From Spirochaetia bacterium (GTDB lineage: Bacteria; Spirochaetota; Spirochaetia; SZUA-6; Bin103), in the NCBI GenBank assembly GCA_965203515.1, contig OZ241907.1, positions 2,432,001 to 2,496,000 of the forward strand: a stretch of 64,000 nt of DNA. Direction: 5' to 3'. Of the stretch, positions 1 to 10,000 are shown in pieces (position 1 is the first letter of the stretch; each line of letters begins with the position of its first letter). The position numbers and the translations under genes are program-made. The notes under the pieces were generated by a model, which ran no database searches, had not been told where the DNA came from, and saw only the letters and a list, made by a program, of their open reading frames with translations.

Positions 1-856
1 GCACCCGGTACAGCGCCTGCGTGCCCCGGTCCTCCAGCCCCTCCGCCATCGCTGCGGTGTAGAACTGGTTGGCCAGCGACAGCCCCGGCAAGGCCACCCG
101 CATCGCCTGCGCCTCCGCCAGGGCGATGCCCATGTCCTTTACGAAGTGCTTGATGAAGAAGCCCGGCTCGAAATCGCCCTTGACGATGCGCGGCCCCAGG
201 TTGTTGATGGCAAAGCAGCTCGCCGCCCCCTTGCCGATCACGGCGATGATCTCGTCGCGGTCCAGGCCGGCGCGGTGGCCGTAGAGCAGCGATTCCACGA
301 CCCCGACCATGGTGGAGGCGATCAGGATCTGGTTGCTCATCTTGGTGTGCTGGCCGGCGCCCGCCGTTCCCATGTAGGCGATGTTCTCGCCCATGACGCG
401 GAAGTACGGCATGGCCCGGTCGAAGTCGGCGCGGTCGCCGCCGACCATGATCGCCAGCGTCCCGGCGCGAGCGCCCGTGTCGCCCCCGGAGACCGGCGCG
501 TCGAGCGAAGCCACGCCGCGCTGCGCCGCCCGTTCGTGGAGACGCTTGGCCAGCGCCGGTTCCGAGGTGGTCATGTCGATCACCATGCTGCCGCTCTCGG
601 TCGCCTCCAGCACGCCGCCCGATCCCAGGTAGACCTCCTCCACGTCGCGCGGATAGCCGACGATGGTGAAGACCGCCTCGCTGCCTTCGGCCACACCGGC
701 CGGCGTGTCGCACCACACGGCCCCGGCGTCCAGCAGATCCTGCGCCTTGTCCTTCGAGCGGTTGTAGACCGCCACCCCGTATCCGGCCCGACGGAGATGC
801 AGACACATCGAGCGCCCCATCACTCCGGTTCCGATCCAACCGATTTTCCCTGCCAT
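1..856 (-). CDS. NAD(P)-dependent oxidoreductase, 3-hydroxyisobutyrate dehydrogenase / tartronate semialdehyde reductase family (3' end outside window)
   Basis: Absent from the ORF track because it runs off the window. Manual translation from ATG 856 gives MAGKIGWIGTGVMGRSMCLHLRRAGYGVAVYNR (Rossmann GxGxMG), later DAPVSGGD. GGAG RBS upstream. Confidence 0.9.
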   Translation of the reverse strand, partial: MAGKIGWIGTGVMGRSMCLHLRRAGYGVAVYNRSKDKAQDLLDAGAVWCDTPAGVAEGSEAVFTIVGYPRDVEEVYLGSGGVLEATESGSMVIDMTTSEPALAKRLHERAAQRGVASLDAPVSGGDTGARAGTLAIMVGGDRADFDRAMPYFRVMGENIAYMGTAGAGQHTKMSNQILIASTMVGVVESLLYGHRAGLDRDEIIAVIGKGAASCFAINNLGPRIVKGDFEPGFFIKHFVKDMGIALAEAQAMRVALPGLSLANQFYTAAMAEGLEDRGTQALYRV

Positions 857-1015
857 TCGATCTCCATTCCCCCTGTCAGCGGACAGAGGCCAAAAGCGTT
901 GCTGCCTGCACGGTAGCTTGCCGCGGTTGGCGCCGCCAACCCTCCCGGCCCTCCCGGGCCGCGCACTTCCGCCCGCGCACTCCCGCGCACGCATTTCGGC
1001 GCGTATACTGAGAGG

Positions 1016-2197
1016 ATGCAGAGTCCACCGGACCGGTTCGGCCAGTCCGCCCGCCTGCGGCGGGTGCAGCCGCCGGTCATCCCGCGTATTCACCGCCTGA
1101 TCGCCGAGAACCCCGGCACCATCTCGCTGGGACAGGGCGTGGTCGGCTATCCTCCGCCGCCGGGCGTGCGGGCGGCGCTGGATCGCTTTCTGGCGGACGC
1201 CGACAACCACAAGTACGCGTCGGTGTACGGCATTCCCGCGCTGCGCGAGCGTATCGCCGCCAAGCTGTCGCGGGAGAACGGGATCGCCGTCGACGACGAG
1301 CACGAGCTGATGGTGACCGCCGGCGGCAACATGGCGTTTGTCAACGCGCTGCTGGCGATCTGCGACGAAGGGGCCGAGGTGGTGCTGATGTCCCCGTACT
1401 ACTTCAACCACGAGATGGCCGTGACGATGGCCGGCTGCCGGCCCGTGCTGGTCGAAACCGGCCGCGACTTTCAGCTCGACCTCGACGCCGTGGAGGCTGC
1501 GGTCACCGCCAACACGCGCGCGGTGGTCACCATCTCCCCGAACAATCCTTCCGGGGCGGTCTATCCGCGCGCGGACCTGTGCGCTCTGAACCGCCTGTGC
1601 GCCGAGCGCGGTCTCTTTCACGTCCACGACGAGGCGTACGAGTACTTCCTCCATGACGGCGCCGAACACTTCTCACCCGGCTCGCTCCCCGACGCGGGCG
1701 ACCACACGATCTCCCTCTATTCCCTGTCCAAGGCGTACGGATTGGCGAGCTGGCGGATCGGCTACCTGCGCATGCCCGCGTACCTGCACGACGCGGCCGC
1801 CAAGATCCAGGACACGATCGCGATCTGTCCGGCGATCATATCGCAATTCGCGGCCGTCGCCGCGCTGGACGCCGGCGTCGACTACTGCCGCGGCCAGCTC
1901 GCGGCGATCTCCGCCCGGCGATCGGCGGTGCTGAGGACGCTCGGCGCGCTGCGGCCGCTGGTGGAGGCGCCGGCGACCCGCGGCGCCTTCTACGTGCTGG
2001 CCCGCGTGGCGACCGACGCCGACTCGGTAGCGATCGCGTCGCGGCTGATTTGCGAACACCGCGTAGCGGTCGTGCCGGGCACGGCGTTCGGGCTGACCGG
2101 CGGCTGCTACCTGCGCATCGCGTACGCCGCACCCGACGACGACACCCTTGCGGAAGCGTTGCGCCGGCTCGCCGAGGGCCTGCGCCGCATCGTATAG
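1016..2197 (+). CDS. PLP-dependent aminotransferase class I/II
   Basis: ISLGQG, SPNNPSG, HDEAY and SLSKAYGLASWRIGY motifs. Confidence 0.92.
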   Translation: MQSPPDRFGQSARLRRVQPPVIPRIHRLIAENPGTISLGQGVVGYPPPPGVRAALDRFLADADNHKYASVYGIPALRERIAAKLSRENGIAVDDEHELMVTAGGNMAFVNALLAICDEGAEVVLMSPYYFNHEMAVTMAGCRPVLVETGRDFQLDLDAVEAAVTANTRAVVTISPNNPSGAVYPRADLCALNRLCAERGLFHVHDEAYEYFLHDGAEHFSPGSLPDAGDHTISLYSLSKAYGLASWRIGYLRMPAYLHDAAAKIQDTIAICPAIISQFAAVAALDAGVDYCRGQLAAISARRSAVLRTLGALRPLVEAPATRGAFYVLARVATDADSVAIASRLICEHRVAVVPGTAFGLTGGCYLRIAYAAPDDDTLAEALRRLAEGLRRIV

Positions 2198-2206
2198 TCC
2201 GGCCCC

Positions 2207-2962
2207 ATGACGCGCCACGACCCGCCGCTCCGCGCCCGCTACCACGACACCGGCTTCCTGACCGGCATCGACGTGCTCGATGCGCGCGAGGTGGCGGAGC
2301 TACGCCGCGCGTTCGACGAATTGGAGCGCTCGGCGCCGGCCGAACAGCGGCAGGTCGGCCTGCAGGGCCGCCACTTCCGGGACGAGTTCGTGTGGCGGCT
2401 GACCACCGATGCGCGGGTGCTCGACGTGATGGAGCAGGTGATGGGGCCCGACCTGATGCTGCTCGGCACCCACTTCTTCAACAAGCGGCCCGACCCCGAC
2501 GCCGAGTCGTACGTCGCCTGGCATCAGGACGTCACCTACTGGGGGCTGGAGCCGGCCGAGGCGCACAGCGCCTGGATCGCGATCGACGACAGCGACGCCG
2601 CCAACGGTTGCATGCGGGTGCTGCCGCGCTCCCATCGCGAGGGCGTGAAGGTGCACGGCACCGCGCAGCGGCAGGGCAACCTGCTGTCGATCAACCAGGA
2701 GATACCGGACGACCAGGTCGACGCCGCCGGCGCCGTCGACCTGGAGCTGCGCGCCGGCCAGATGTCGGTCCATCACGGCCGGCTGGTGCACGCCAGCAAC
2801 CCCAATCGGTCCGCCCGGCGGCGATGCGGACTGGTGGCCCGCTATATCTCCCCGATGGTCCGGCAGGTGCGCCCCGACTCTTACGGCAGCAGCCACGAAC
2901 CGGTGCTGGTCCGCGGCCGCGACCGCTACCGCCACTTTCCGGCGCGCTCCGCGCCCTTCTGA
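2207..2962 (+). CDS. Phytanoyl-CoA dioxygenase (PhyH) family Fe(II)/2OG dioxygenase
   Basis: WHQD (HxD), AWIAIDD, NGCMRVLPRSH and distal LVHAS...NRS..RR motifs. Confidence 0.9.
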   Translation: MTRHDPPLRARYHDTGFLTGIDVLDAREVAELRRAFDELERSAPAEQRQVGLQGRHFRDEFVWRLTTDARVLDVMEQVMGPDLMLLGTHFFNKRPDPDAESYVAWHQDVTYWGLEPAEAHSAWIAIDDSDAANGCMRVLPRSHREGVKVHGTAQRQGNLLSINQEIPDDQVDAAGAVDLELRAGQMSVHHGRLVHASNPNRSARRRCGLVARYISPMVRQVRPDSYGSSHEPVLVRGRDRYRHFPARSAPF

Positions 2963-3004
2963 GCGCCGGGCACGGAGCGCGTCCGGTCAGCGAGCAGCCG
3001 CCCT

Positions 3005-4771
3005 TCAGCCGGCCGACTGCTCGCCGCCGCGCGGCGGCGCATCCATGCGGACGGTCACGATCTCAGTGTCGTGGTACTGCTCGTGCCGCACCGAAGACGC
3101 CAGGTGCCGCAGGAGCCGCAGCGAGAACTCCCGCTCGTCCGGGGCCTCGGCGGACGGCGCTTCGAGCAGCGCGAGCCGGTCCTGGAGGTTCTCCCTGCCG
3201 GCGGACGCGGTGAACTCGAGCACCGCCCCGCCGTCCTGCCGGTAGGCGACCAGCAGCAGTCGCCGCCGGTCGCGCTCCTGACCCGCTTCATCCGGTCCGA
3301 TGAGCGACAGCAGCGTCTCCTCGGCGGCGGCGTCGAGACGCTGCGCCATCGCCGCGTCCCAGCCGTTGCGGGAGGCGAACGCACCGAGAAACGCCGTGAT
3401 CTTCGGCAGGTTGGACAGATCGGCCTCTACTTCGAGGCGGCTGCGCCGGGGCGCGGTCAACTCCATGAACAGCGTCATCAGGATCGCCACCAGACCGCCG
3501 GCGGTCATGCCGTTCTGCAGCAGACCTCCGGCGAACTCCGAGAAGTACCGGGGAAAGATCACGCCGCTCTGAAAGCCGGTGCCGGCCCAGAACGAGATGC
3601 CGACGACCAGTCCCCGGCGATAGTCGATCCCGTCATGCACCACCATCTTCAAGCCCTGTACGAAGAGCATCGACATGATCACCAGCAGGTAGGCCGCGCC
3701 CACCGGCCCGGGAATCGCCACCACCGCCGCCAGCGCCTTGGGCAGGAACGCCAGCGCGACGTAGACGATGCCGATAGCGACGCCGACGCGACGGGCCGCG
3801 ACGCCGGTGAGCTCGGTGATGGCGACGGAGCTCGAATAGGTCGTGTTGGGTACGGTTCCCGCCAGGCCGGACAGCAGGTTGCCCGCCCCGTCGGCGGCCA
3901 ACCCGCCCTGCACCGCGCGAAAGTCGATCGCCCGAGGCCGGCGCCAGGAGACGCGCTGGATCGCGACCGAGTCGCCGATCGTCTCGATGGCGCCGATCAG
4001 CGTCACGAACACGAATGCCGGAAGAAGCGCCCAGAAGATCGGTCCGAAGCTCAGGTCGAAGCCGGGCCAGCCGCTGTCGGGAATGCCGATCCACGCCGCC
4101 CTGGCGACCGCGGCCGCGTCATAGACGCCGAACGCGCCGGCGACCGCGGAGCCGGCGGCGACGCCGATGACCGGCGCCCAGAGGCGCAGCGGGCCGGTCG
4201 CCTTCAGCGCCAGTCCGGCGATGACCAGCACGGTTGCCAGCGCGCACGCCGGCGCCGACAGCGGCGGAGCGTCGTCCGGCACCTGCTTCAGCATGTCGAA
4301 GACGATCGGCATCACCGTGACCGCGATCAGCATGATCACCGTACCCGCCACGGTGGGCGTCAGCACCCGGCGCAGCAACGAGAGCCGCGCGGCCAGCGCG
4401 AACTGGAACAGGGACGAGATGATCACCAGCGTGGCGAGCATGGCGGGCCCGCCGCGCGCCAACGCCGTGACGCAGACCGCGATGAACGCGCCGGACGTAC
4501 CCATCAGCAGCACGTAGCCGGCGCCGATCCGACCCACGCGGATCGCCTGCAGCATGGTGGTGACGCCGCTCACCGCGACGGCCGCAAACACCGCCCACGA
4601 CAGATATGTTTCGCTGCCGCCGGCGGCGCGGATCACGATCGCCGGCGTCAGGACCACGCCGGCGATGCTCAGTATCATGAATTGCGCCCCAAGGCCGAAC
4701 GTCAGCGCCCGTGGAGGCTTGTCGTCGGGCTCGTAGCGAACGCCCGCGCGGTCGGCGATCTGGTTGCGCAT
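3005..4771 (-). CDS. Xanthine/uracil (NCS2) family permease with C-terminal degenerate HATPase (RsbW/anti-sigma-like) domain
   Basis: Start reassigned to MRNQIADRAG (ATG 4771). NCS2-like TM pattern and IETIGD, ADG, PNTTYS, LAFLPK motifs, plus a soluble ~140-aa C-terminal extension. Confidence 0.85.
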   Translation of the reverse strand: MRNQIADRAGVRYEPDDKPPRALTFGLGAQFMILSIAGVVLTPAIVIRAAGGSETYLSWAVFAAVAVSGVTTMLQAIRVGRIGAGYVLLMGTSGAFIAVCVTALARGGPAMLATLVIISSLFQFALAARLSLLRRVLTPTVAGTVIMLIAVTVMPIVFDMLKQVPDDAPPLSAPACALATVLVIAGLALKATGPLRLWAPVIGVAAGSAVAGAFGVYDAAAVARAAWIGIPDSGWPGFDLSFGPIFWALLPAFVFVTLIGAIETIGDSVAIQRVSWRRPRAIDFRAVQGGLAADGAGNLLSGLAGTVPNTTYSSSVAITELTGVAARRVGVAIGIVYVALAFLPKALAAVVAIPGPVGAAYLLVIMSMLFVQGLKMVVHDGIDYRRGLVVGISFWAGTGFQSGVIFPRYFSEFAGGLLQNGMTAGGLVAILMTLFMELTAPRRSRLEVEADLSNLPKITAFLGAFASRNGWDAAMAQRLDAAAEETLLSLIGPDEAGQERDRRRLLLVAYRQDGGAVLEFTASAGRENLQDRLALLEAPSAEAPDEREFSLRLLRHLASSVRHEQYHDTEIVTVRMDAPPRGGEQSAG

Positions 4772-4890
4772 GCAGTCGGTCTCCGGGCCGTCGCCGGCCT
4801 GACGCCGCGCGATCATAGCCGGCCGGCCCCTGGCGTGGCCAGCATCGCGCGGCCAGCATCGCCTCCGCTTTCTGTGAAACCGCCAGCGTG

Positions 4891-4898
4891 AGTATACT
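4891..4898. promoter_or_regulatory. Palindromic AGTATACT: candidate bidirectional -10 element between divergent genes
   Basis: Reads TATACT on both strands, in the intergenic region between the permease (-) and amidase (+). Confidence 0.4.
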
Positions 4899-4909
4899 TT
4901 GCGGGTCCC

Positions 4910-5890
4910 GTGAAGTCCGTTAAGCGCGTGCGGCCGGCCGCCGTCGCGGTGCTTGTGCTGGCGGCGGTCGCCGTGGTCCCGTGGATGATCGGGCGCTACG
5001 ATGACCGCCGCGCGGCGCCGCCCGCCGCGGGCGAGGCCGAGACCGTCGCCGTGCCGGCCGTGGTGCGCGGCGCCGATGCGCCGTGGCTGGTCGGTCTGCA
5101 GATCGGGCACCTGGACGCGGCGCTGCTGCCCGACGAACTGCGCCGCCTGCGCACCTCCACCGGGGCGCAGGCCGGCGGCATCAGCGAGGTGGAGATCAAC
5201 CGGGCGGTCGTTCACGCGGCCGCAGACATCCTCAAGGCCGAAGGCGTCGAGGTCGCGATCCTGCCGGCCACCATCCCGCCAGGATTCGACGCCGACGCCT
5301 TCGTGGCGATCCACGCCGACGGCAACGCCAATACCGCCGTGCGCGGCTACAAGGCGTCGCCGCCCTGGTACGCCTCACCGGCGTCGCGCCTGCTGGTCGC
5401 CGCATTGCGCGACCACTACGGACCGGCCACCGGCCTGCCGGAGGACCTGAACGGGGTCACCTACAACATGCGCGGCTACTACGCCTTCAGCGGCTATCGC
5501 TACCGGCACGCCATCGCCGCCACCACGCCGGCGGCGATCTTCGAGCTGGGCTACCTGAGCAACGACCGGGACCGTGCGTACCTGCGCGAGCGGCCGGAGG
5601 AAGCGGCCCGAGCCCTTGCCGGCGGCGTGCTGGCCTACCTGGAGCAGCGCGACCCGCACGACCGCCAAGCGCTCCTGCCGGCACGGCCGATGCTCCTGAG
5701 ATCGCCGCGCACCGGCGCCGCCGTGCACGCCTCCCCCGACTATCGATCCTCCGTGCGGATGCACCTGCAGCGGGGGGACCGGCTGTCGGTGCTGGGCCGC
5801 GTGGGTGACTGGTACGACGTGCGCGTGCTCGGCAGCTACCGCAACTTCGGTTGGGTGCGCGCCGCCGATCTCGCTCCAACCGAATCCTGA
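4910..5890 (+). CDS. N-acetylmuramoyl-L-alanine amidase (Amidase_3) with N-terminal TM/signal and C-terminal SH3b-like domain
   Basis: QIGH...E, AIHADG and IFELGYLSN Zn-amidase motifs; C-terminal GDRLSVLGRVGDWYDV...GWV. Confidence 0.85.
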   Translation: MKSVKRVRPAAVAVLVLAAVAVVPWMIGRYDDRRAAPPAAGEAETVAVPAVVRGADAPWLVGLQIGHLDAALLPDELRRLRTSTGAQAGGISEVEINRAVVHAAADILKAEGVEVAILPATIPPGFDADAFVAIHADGNANTAVRGYKASPPWYASPASRLLVAALRDHYGPATGLPEDLNGVTYNMRGYYAFSGYRYRHAIAATTPAAIFELGYLSNDRDRAYLRERPEEAARALAGGVLAYLEQRDPHDRQALLPARPMLLRSPRTGAAVHASPDYRSSVRMHLQRGDRLSVLGRVGDWYDVRVLGSYRNFGWVRAADLAPTES

Positions 5891-5896
5891 TCCGCC

Positions 5897-7078
5897 ATGC
5901 CGGCAACGCCCGATCCATCGCCAACGCGGTACGACCTCACGATCGTCATCCTCTGCCGCAACGAAGAGGGTTCCATCGCTCACTGCGTCGCCGAGGCCCG
6001 CGGATTCCTGGATCGGAACGGCATCGAAGGCGAAGTCGTGGTCGTCGACAACGGCAGCCGCGACCGCTCGGCCGATCTGGCCCAAGGCGCGGGCGCACGG
6101 GTCGTTGCCGAGCCGAGCCCGGGGTACGGCAACGCGATCAACGCCGGCATCGACGCCGCCCGCGGGCGCTTCGTCATCCTGGGAGACGGCGACGGTGAAC
6201 ATGATCTGGGATCGCTGGAGCCGTACTACGAAAGGCTGCGCGACGGCTTCGACTTCGTGTTCGGAAACCGGTTCGCGAACGGCGCCGCCGCTTCGGGCCG
6301 GTTGCGCAACGCCGGCACCGCGGTCCTGTCGGTGGTCGGCAAGGTGCTGTTCCGCTCGCCGGTCAGCGACTTCAACTGCGGCCTGCGGGGATTCAAGGCG
6401 TCGAGCGCGCGCTCCCTTGCGCTCCGGTGCACGGGGATGGAAGCGGCCAGCGAGATGATCGTCAAGGCCGTGCAGGCCGGCATGCGCATCGCGGAAGTGG
6501 CGGTGGCGCAGCGCCACGCGATCGACCCGGACCGCGTTTCGCACCTGCGGGTCTGGCGGGACGGCTGGCGTCATCTACGGCTGCTGTTGATGCTGTCTCC
6601 CCGCTGGCTCTACTTCTACCCAGGCTGCCTGCTGTTCGCGGCCGGCGCGCTGGCGATCCTGGCGCCGATCCTGTATCCGGTGGAAGCGGGCGGAGAGTAC
6701 GGGTCGTACACCATGCTGTTCGGCGCGGTGTTCGTCGTGTGCGGGGTGCAACTGATCATCTTCTCGCTGCTGGCGAGCGCGTTCTGCGAGAACATCGGTC
6801 TGTCGGACGGACTCTGGGCGCGGCTGAACCCGAAGAGCGGCCTGATCCTGGAAGGCGGCGTGGTGACGGGACTCCTGCTGGTGCTGGTGGGAGCGGCGGG
6901 AAGCGTCTGGAGCCTGGTCGTATGGGCGCAGACCGGTAGCCCGAACCTCGAGCTGCGGATGCGCGTGGCGATTCCGTCCGTAACGCTCCTGATCTGCGGC
7001 GTCGAGCTGATATTCTCCGCGTTCTTCTACGGGCTGCTGTCGACGCAGGGGACCGTGCGCGGATCGAGCGAGCGGTGA
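5897..7078 (+). CDS. GT2 glycosyltransferase (DPM1/GtrB-like) with C-terminal TM helices
   Basis: CRNEE, VVDNGSRD, GYGNA, GDGD, FGNRF and SDFNCGLRGF motifs; ~4 C-terminal TMs. Confidence 0.9.
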   Translation: MPATPDPSPTRYDLTIVILCRNEEGSIAHCVAEARGFLDRNGIEGEVVVVDNGSRDRSADLAQGAGARVVAEPSPGYGNAINAGIDAARGRFVILGDGDGEHDLGSLEPYYERLRDGFDFVFGNRFANGAAASGRLRNAGTAVLSVVGKVLFRSPVSDFNCGLRGFKASSARSLALRCTGMEAASEMIVKAVQAGMRIAEVAVAQRHAIDPDRVSHLRVWRDGWRHLRLLLMLSPRWLYFYPGCLLFAAGALAILAPILYPVEAGGEYGSYTMLFGAVFVVCGVQLIIFSLLASAFCENIGLSDGLWARLNPKSGLILEGGVVTGLLLVLVGAAGSVWSLVVWAQTGSPNLELRMRVAIPSVTLLICGVELIFSAFFYGLLSTQGTVRGSSER

Positions 7079-10000
7079 CCGGTCCGGGAGCCGAGGGGGG
7101 AGCGCCGCGGCGGCGCTCCCCCCTGGCATCGATCGCCGTCTACGCGGCGGCGGCGCTGCTCGGTACGGCGCTGTTCATCTTCCTGCACTACCTTGGCAAC
7201 CGGATTCACTATCGCGCAGCCGCACAGAGATTCGCCGCGGAGATCGAGACCGACCGGCCGAACGAGAGCTTTGCCGCGGGATTCAATACCCCATTCGAGT
7301 ACTGCAAGCTTTCGACGATGGTCCTGGCCGGATCGTTCCTGCCGTCCGAAATCGGCAGCAACGGTTTCCGCGACGCGCTGCTGTTGAAGGGGTTGGCGCC
7401 GCAAGACGTCTACTACGATTACTGCGACGAGCTGGCGGACGCGGTAAACGGGGTCCGCCTGTATGAGGAATTCTCATCGACGCACTACTGGTGGGGAAGC
7501 AAGGCGCTCTATGCGATCATGCTGCGCGCCTTTTCCGTTCAGGACATCCGCCTCCTGATACGGTATGCCGCGTACGCCGGTTGGATCGCGCTGGCGGCCG
7601 CGCTGCTGCTGCTCGCGCCCCGCACGCTGATCATCCTGGCACCGCTGATCCTCTTCGGCGGCCTGTTCTCCGGCATCCGCTGGTTCTCCGGCGTACCCAA
7701 TGGCATGCCGTACGCCTGGACGGTCTGGGCGGCCGTCGCGCTGGTCGTCGTCATGCGCGCGCGGCTGCCGGCGGGGATCACGCCGGAGACGCGCCTGCGG
7801 CTGACGCGGCTGGTCTGCTTCGCCGCCGGCATGGTGGCGGCCTACCTGTCGCTGGGCGACGCGATCACCATCCCGCTGTTCACGCTCATCGGCATGCTGG
7901 TCTACTTCGGGTACGGCCACCAAGGCGAACCGGCCCGCAGGGCGCGGCTCGCCGGCGGGTGCATCGGGCTCTGCGTCGCCGGATTCGCGGCCTCCTACGC
8001 CTTGGGTCAGGCGGCCAAGATGGCGCTCGAGGCGTGTCTCGTTCCCGACTGGTTCGCGTGGCGGGCAGCGTGCGAAGGGGCACCGCAGGATGGACTGACG
8101 TGGCGGCTCTTGACCAGCAGGTGGCTCTTAGTCCTGGACCTGACCGTCGAGGAGTCGATCACGAGTCTGCCGGCCGGTACCGCAGGCGTTCTCGAGCCGT
8201 ACTGGCAGGTCGGGTTGGGAAGCGTGCCGGCCGGCAGAATCCTGACCGGGGCCGCGGCCCTGGCGTGCGCCGCGGCCGCCGGGGCCGCGGCCCTGCAGGC
8301 GCGCGGCGGCCGCCCGGCGCCGCTGCGCGCCATGGGGTGGATCGCGGCGCTCATGGCGCTTGCCGCCGTGCAGCTGCTGGTGCCCGACGACCTGATCTAC
8401 CGCCGCGGGCGATACCTGTTCGTGCCGTACTCGCTGACGCTGTGCGCCGCGCTCGCGGCCGTCCTGGAGACCGGCTTGGCCCGGCGCGCCGCGAACGCCG
8501 CGAACGCCGCCCGGCGCGCTCTGGCGCGCAGCCGCGCCGCGAACGCCGCCCGGCGCGCTCTGGCGCGCAGCGGCGCCGTTCGCCGCGCGGCCCGGCTGGA
8601 CGGGTTGCCGATGTTGCTGGCGGCGCTCGGCGGGGTCGGCGCGCTGCTGGTGCTGCTGCGGGAGGCCGCCTACGGGCCGGGGCTGACGGCCGACTCGGCG
8701 TTGTACGTGTCGGCCGCGCGCAACCTGCTGGACGGCAACGGGCTGGTCACCTTTCTGGGCGCCCCGTATCGAGCCGCGGCGCCGCTCTTCCCGCTGACCC
8801 TGGCGGGCGCCGGCCTGTTCGGAGCGGACGCGGTCACGGCGGCGGGATACGTCAATGCCGCCGCCTTCGGTCTGACGGTATACGCCGTGGCCACATGGGT
8901 GCGCAGCCGCGTCCGATCCCGGCTGCTGGCCGTCTGGGCGGCCTGCGCCTGCGTCCTGTCGACCTCGCTGGTCGACGTCGCGGTGTACGCGTGGCCCGAG
9001 ATCCCCTTCATCCTGTTCGCCGTCGCGGCGCTGGCCACGCTGGACCGCTTTCTGCGCACCGGACGGCGGTCGTCGCTCCTCCTGGCGACGGCGGCCGCGG
9101 CCGCCGCTTGCCTGACGCACTACGCCGGGGTGGCGCTGATCGGCAGCGGGGCGCTGCTCCTGTTGCTGCCGAGAACCGCCGCGGTGCGGAGCCGGCTGGC
9201 GCACGCCGCGGTCTGGAGCGGCGGAGCGGCGGCGGCGGTCGGGGCATGGCTGGTGAGCAGCGTCGTGGTGAACGGCGCGTCACTGGCAACGGCCGGTTCC
9301 GGCGGATTCCTGCCGCTGCCGAGTCTCCACACCGCCACCAGCGAACTCGTCCGCTGGCTCATCGGAGGCGCCGGGCTCGGCCTGCTGGACCGGCTGGCCC
9401 TGGGAATCGCGGGCGCCGGCGCCGCGGGATATCCCCGCGCGGCCGTGCTCGGGTTGCGGATTGCGGTTCTGCTGGTACCGGCGGCCGGCGCCGGGTACCT
9501 GCTCGCGCGGGCCCGTTCCCAACTCCTGCCGGCACCTCACGCCGCGGCCATTGCCCTCGTGTTCGCGGCGGCGTACGCGCTGTATCTGCTGCTGGCCCTT
9601 CCCGCCGCCGGCGCCGCGCTGGAGCTCAGGCACCTGGCGCCGCTGTTCCCGCCGTTGCTGGTTACGGCAGCGGTCGTCCTGGACCGGTTGATCGCCGCCC
9701 TTCGGCCGGAGCGGCGCGGGCTGGTGGGGCGGCGGCTCGCCGCCGCGCTGCTGTTCTCGACGTGGTTCGCGCCGCAGGTGGGAGCGACTACCGAACACGT
9801 GAACCAGTGGCTCGCGAACGGCGGCGGCTACGCCTCGCGGCGCTGGTCGGAGTCCGCCGTGATGCGCTACCTGAACGCCGCCGGCGGCACGCCCGCGGCC
9901 CCGCTCCTCGGCACCGACGGCGCCGCGCTCTACCTGCTGGCGCCGGCCGCGGCCGGCGCTCCGCGCCAGCTTCCGCGGGATCTTTCCCCGACGCGGACCC

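Noticed and set aside
146..916. 256-aa plus-strand ORF
   Set aside because: Antisense shadow of the minus-strand dehydrogenase gene (1..856).
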